From: Cladosporium halotolerans | Lineage: Eukaryota | Reading direction: 5' to 3' | DNA: 64,000 nucleotides | Assembly (NCBI RefSeq): GCF_011745625.1 | Contig: NW_027191488.1 | Span: forward strand, 124,001 to 188,000 | Translations under genes and position numbers: made by a program | Part shown: positions 60,428 through 64,000 of the stretch, piece after piece | Numbering within the stretch: the stretch's first letter is position 1 | How the letters are laid out: each line of letters opens with the position of its first letter | The notes under the pieces: generated by a model | The model's input: the letters and a program-made list of their open reading frames with translations, nothing else | Told to the model about the DNA's origin: nothing | Databases searched by the model: none

Positions 60428-62144
60428 TTAATACTCCATGCTTCCGCCTCCATAACTTTGGCCAACATTTGCATCTAGGCTTCTGTAGCTGCCTCGGCCT
60501 CCGCGTCCACCGCGGTGTCCGCGGCCACCACCTCCTCTACCTCCACCACGGAAACCTTGACCACCTCCTCTGCCTCGGTGGCCTCCACCGCCTCCTCCTC
60601 CTCCTCCTCCTCCGCCGCCTCTGTTCGCGGCAAAGCCGATGCCGCCACCACCTCTGTTGTTGTTGCCTGCCCAGGCATTCCCACCGCCTTGTTTCTGCTG
60701 TGGCTGAGGCTTCTGCCCTGCCTCCCCACCCTTCTTCGCCGAGCCGAGAGCTGGGAAGTCCTCCTCGCGCGGGTGCTTCCGAGCATTCTTACCGTTCGGG
60801 AAACTCGCTTCGTACTCGTCTTCGCCGGCCACTTCTTCGTCGATGCGCAGTAACACCTTCTCGCCGACAGTCGTGTCGAACTCGAACGCGTGATGTTCTG
60901 GTACAGGCTGCCAATTTCGGATTCTGCTCGCTTCGATTGGTTTGGCTTGACGTCGAGTGGCTAGCACAACGTAGGGTGTCGCGTTCTCCGTGTATATTTG
61001 CGCACCGGGGTTTGTGGGAGCAACGCGTGCGGCCCACACGCGAGATTCTAAGTTTGCCAGACCAGTCACGCGCCAGCGCTGTTTCGCGCCGATGCCACCC
61101 ACCTTCTTCAATATTGAGTGGGGCGCGGGTCGAGGTGTGATTAGGATGTTGTTGGCAAGGAGCTTGAGCTCAGAGGCGTCGTTACCATTCGAGGGTGGGG
61201 TCACAAGGGTCTTGAGTCTATCCGTGTCTTGGGGGGATATTAGGTAGCCGGTGTAAAAGACTGATCGCTTGAGTTTGTATGGGACGGCGTTTGCAGGTGC
61301 GGCGTCTGAAAGAATTGCGGAATTGTGTGCATTGATCATGCGTTGAACCTCAGCGATCTCCGTTGTGGGATCCATGAAGCTGTCTTGCTCGGCGACCTGG
61401 ATGACTTCGGTCGTTATTGGCTGCCGGATTGGAGGTTGCTGAGGGCTGTTAAGAAGTGTTCGATTTATGTCGGCAAAGAAGTCGCGGAACGCTTTGGTGT
61501 GCTTGGGCCGGTCCTCGTAGATACGAATTTCGCCGGCGTCGGTATACGTGTACACGATGTCCTGGAGCAGGGCTTGTTTGAAAGTCATGGTGCTGCTGAA
61601 CTGCTCCCCGCTGGGTCCGACTGTCGGCTTCAGGCAGATCATGTCGCATTCGAGGTTTTTGGCCCTGAGCATGCGTTGGATCAAATCGGCAAATGCCCCT
61701 TCCATTCTGCCGGTGAGAAGAACGGTGAGTGTATTGTCGTCCTCCATGCTGAGTCGTACGAGGTCGACGATCTGCTCGTTCCAGCATCCTTCCCAAGCTC
61801 TTGGCTCTTCTACTTCAACCCCCTGTCCAGTTGCCGCCAATATACTTGGATTGTGCCACCAGCCTCCATTGTGTAAGAATTCTTGCGCTTGCAGGTGACC
61901 GAACGTGGTTGTGGCCCAGATCTGCTTGTTGGGTAAAGGTGATGAAAATACTAGGAAAGTATATCAGCAGGCTGAATCGTCAAGATACCTCTTTGAAGCC
62001 TCCAAAGGTTCGGGATCAGAGGTACTTACGAGTGTTGTCGAAGTCGTACACATGGACAGCCTTGACCACCTCGACTGGGGGCAGCTGACGGTCGCCGCAG
62101 GACCAGCGCTTGAGCGCCGTGACAGATCGCACCGGCCCAGACAT
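60428..62144 (-). CDS. Swiss-Army-Knife RNA-repair-like HAD domain protein with RGG tail, one intron
   Basis: HAD motifs YDFDNTLF (across intron 61951-62029), LLTGR, IYEDR; Gly/RGG C-terminus. Confidence 0.82.
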
Positions 62145-62424
62145 GCTAGACAGCCTGCTATATCGTCTCGCGACCACAGTAGAAGTACGCGAAAGGATGC
62201 GCGACTGCAAATGGAGCTGTGTCTGGGTCGTCTTTGCGCTGCAGCTTCTCCAGAAATGCATGTGAATTCGAAGCGGACTCTGGTGACGGCAGGCGCATCG
62301 ATCAGTCCGCTAGCGCCGCCTCGGCCCGTCGGCTCGCGAAGGCCAATCCACCGGGCCCTGCGTCTCGCCCTCTGACTTCTGGAGTTTTCTCGTCCCAGAG
62401 CCGGTTTGAGCAACGAAAACCCAC

Positions 62425-64000
62425 ATGGCTGCACAGAAGAGCGCTCCCGCCAGGGTTTCAAATGGCCAGACGAACGGTATGAAGAGGAAACGCCAGGACG
62501 GACCCAAGCAGAACAACCCTCTGCAGAACAAAAAAATAAAATTGCTGGAATCGCGGAAGAAGTTGCCCATCTGGTCGCGCCAACAAGATATCAAGGCAGC
62601 CCTGGAAAAGAACGATGTACTCGTGCTTTCTGGTGAGACTGGCTCCGGTAAATCGACACAGCTTCCGCAGTTCCTTCTGGAATCGAAATGGTGTTCGAAG
62701 TGCGTCGCTGTCACCCAACCGCGCCGTGTGGCGGCCATCAGCTTGGCTCGCCGCGTGGCTGAGGAAATGGGCACGCCTTTGGGCAAATCCAGTCCGGCTA
62801 GCAAGGTTGGCTACAGTGTCCGTTTTGATGATTCAACGAGTCCCAGCACTCGCATCAAATATCTGACCGAGGGTATGCTGTTGCAAGAAATGCTGCGCGA
62901 CTCTGCCATGAGCCAGTATAGCTGTGTTGTGGTCGATGAGGTCCACGAGAGAAGCGTCAACGTTGATCTTATTCTTGGATTTTTGAAAGGTCTTGTAAAG
63001 GGGATCAACAAGAAGAGGAAGACTCCGTTGAAGGTAGTGGTCATGAGTGCTACGGCTGATGTGGCGGGTATTGCTCGTTTCTTTGACGAACCAATGCCAA
63101 GCGACAAGGCTTCTGGCACTGATGGTGACGAAGAGGATGACTTGAATGAGGCGAAGATCAATGGTGATGCTCCCAAGCGGCCTGTCGCGTCACCAAAGCC
63201 TGTGTCTACCTGTCACGTGGAAGGTCGTCAGTATCCTGTGAAGCTATCTTACTTGGACCGACCAACAGACGATGTATTACAGACGGCATTTGAACGGATC
63301 TTCAAGATACATTGCAAGGAACCAATGCCTGGAGACATTCTGGTCTTTCTCACTGGACAAGAGACCATCCAAAGCTTGCAAAAGTTGATCGAAGAGTACG
63401 CTGTCAATCTCACAGCAGATTATCCCAAACTTCTCGTTCTGCCACTTTTCGCTGCACTCCCACAACATGCGCAGCAACGCATTTTTCAGTCGGCGCCTCC
63501 GAACACCCGCAAAGTCATACTCTCTACAAACATTGCAGAGACTTCCGTCACCGTGCCTGGCGTCAGATTTGTTGTTGATACCGGCAAAGCCAAGATCAAG
63601 CAATTTCGCAATCGCCTGGCACTCGATTCTCTTCTGATCAAACCCATTTCACGCTCATCTGCCGATCAGCGCAAGGGTCGTGCCGGCCGTGAGGCTCCTG
63701 GACAGTGTTACCGCCTTTACACTCAAGAAGGCTACAATAGCCTGGAGAAGAACGCCACACCGGAAATCTTGCGCTGCGATCTGTCTGCCGCTGTTCTTAC
63801 AATGAAAGCTCGAGGCGTGCCTGACCCTCTCTCTTTCCCTTTCCTGACGCCCCCACCTCGAGACGCAATGGAGAAAGCCCTCCTTCAGCTCCTTCAACTC
63901 TCAGCCCTTGCCGAAGATGGCTCGATCTCAGTCACTGGTAAAGCTATAGCCCGACTGCCGCTCACGCCTACTCTTGGTCGAGTCATACTCAGCTCCGCCC
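62425..64000 (+). CDS. DHR2: DEAH-box RNA helicase Dhr2/DHX33-like (runs off the window end)
   Basis: ATG 62425; LPIW, GETGSGKSTQ, TQPRRVAA, DEVHER, MSAT, STNIAETSVT, QRKGRAGR; absent from the ORF track because it has no stop in the window. Confidence 0.85.
   Translation, partial: MAAQKSAPARVSNGQTNGMKRKRQDGPKQNNPLQNKKIKLLESRKKLPIWSRQQDIKAALEKNDVLVLSGETGSGKSTQLPQFLLESKWCSKCVAVTQPRRVAAISLARRVAEEMGTPLGKSSPASKVGYSVRFDDSTSPSTRIKYLTEGMLLQEMLRDSAMSQYSCVVVDEVHERSVNVDLILGFLKGLVKGINKKRKTPLKVVVMSATADVAGIARFFDEPMPSDKASGTDGDEEDDLNEAKINGDAPKRPVASPKPVSTCHVEGRQYPVKLSYLDRPTDDVLQTAFERIFKIHCKEPMPGDILVFLTGQETIQSLQKLIEEYAVNLTADYPKLLVLPLFAALPQHAQQRIFQSAPPNTRKVILSTNIAETSVTVPGVRFVVDTGKAKIKQFRNRLALDSLLIKPISRSSADQRKGRAGREAPGQCYRLYTQEGYNSLEKNATPEILRCDLSAAVLTMKARGVPDPLSFPFLTPPPRDAMEKALLQLLQLSALAEDGSISVTGKAIARLPLTPTLGRVILSSA

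Noticed and set aside
1..64000. tRNA, rRNA, snRNA, transposon or AT-rich RIP-degraded blocks
   Set aside because: GTTCGA hits lack cloverleaf context; no transposase, RT, terminal repeats or AT-rich islands were seen

Overview
Gene-dense eukaryotic DNA from a filamentous ascomycete. It has short GT-AG introns with CTRAC branch points, and the gene content suggests a Dothideomycete (inference). About 34 protein-coding genes can be supported. Core genes: MTQ2, SDH7, DAM1, an SLM1-like gene, VPS4, prefoldin 6, TMA16, ANT1, MRX7, a PTP, an Argonaute, FIG1, a HAD RNA-repair-like protein and a DHR2-like helicase. These alternate with three accessory blocks: (1) sugar transporter/SDR/GH32 invertase/hydrolase; (2) a siderophore transporter + IroE-like esterase pair with SreA-type sites; (3) an NRPS-like (A-T-R) cluster whose two terminal genes have odd 5' ends (an in-frame TAA and an ACG start). 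The most unusual items are a type II membrane protein joining a GATA-like zinc finger to a lytic-transglycosylase/lysozyme-like domain, three small MC-x9-C-x-H cysteine proteins, and a compact helix-rich intergenic segment at about 47.25-47.62 kb. No tRNA, rRNA, CRISPR array or transposon was recognised. All calls are by eye; no database searches were run.
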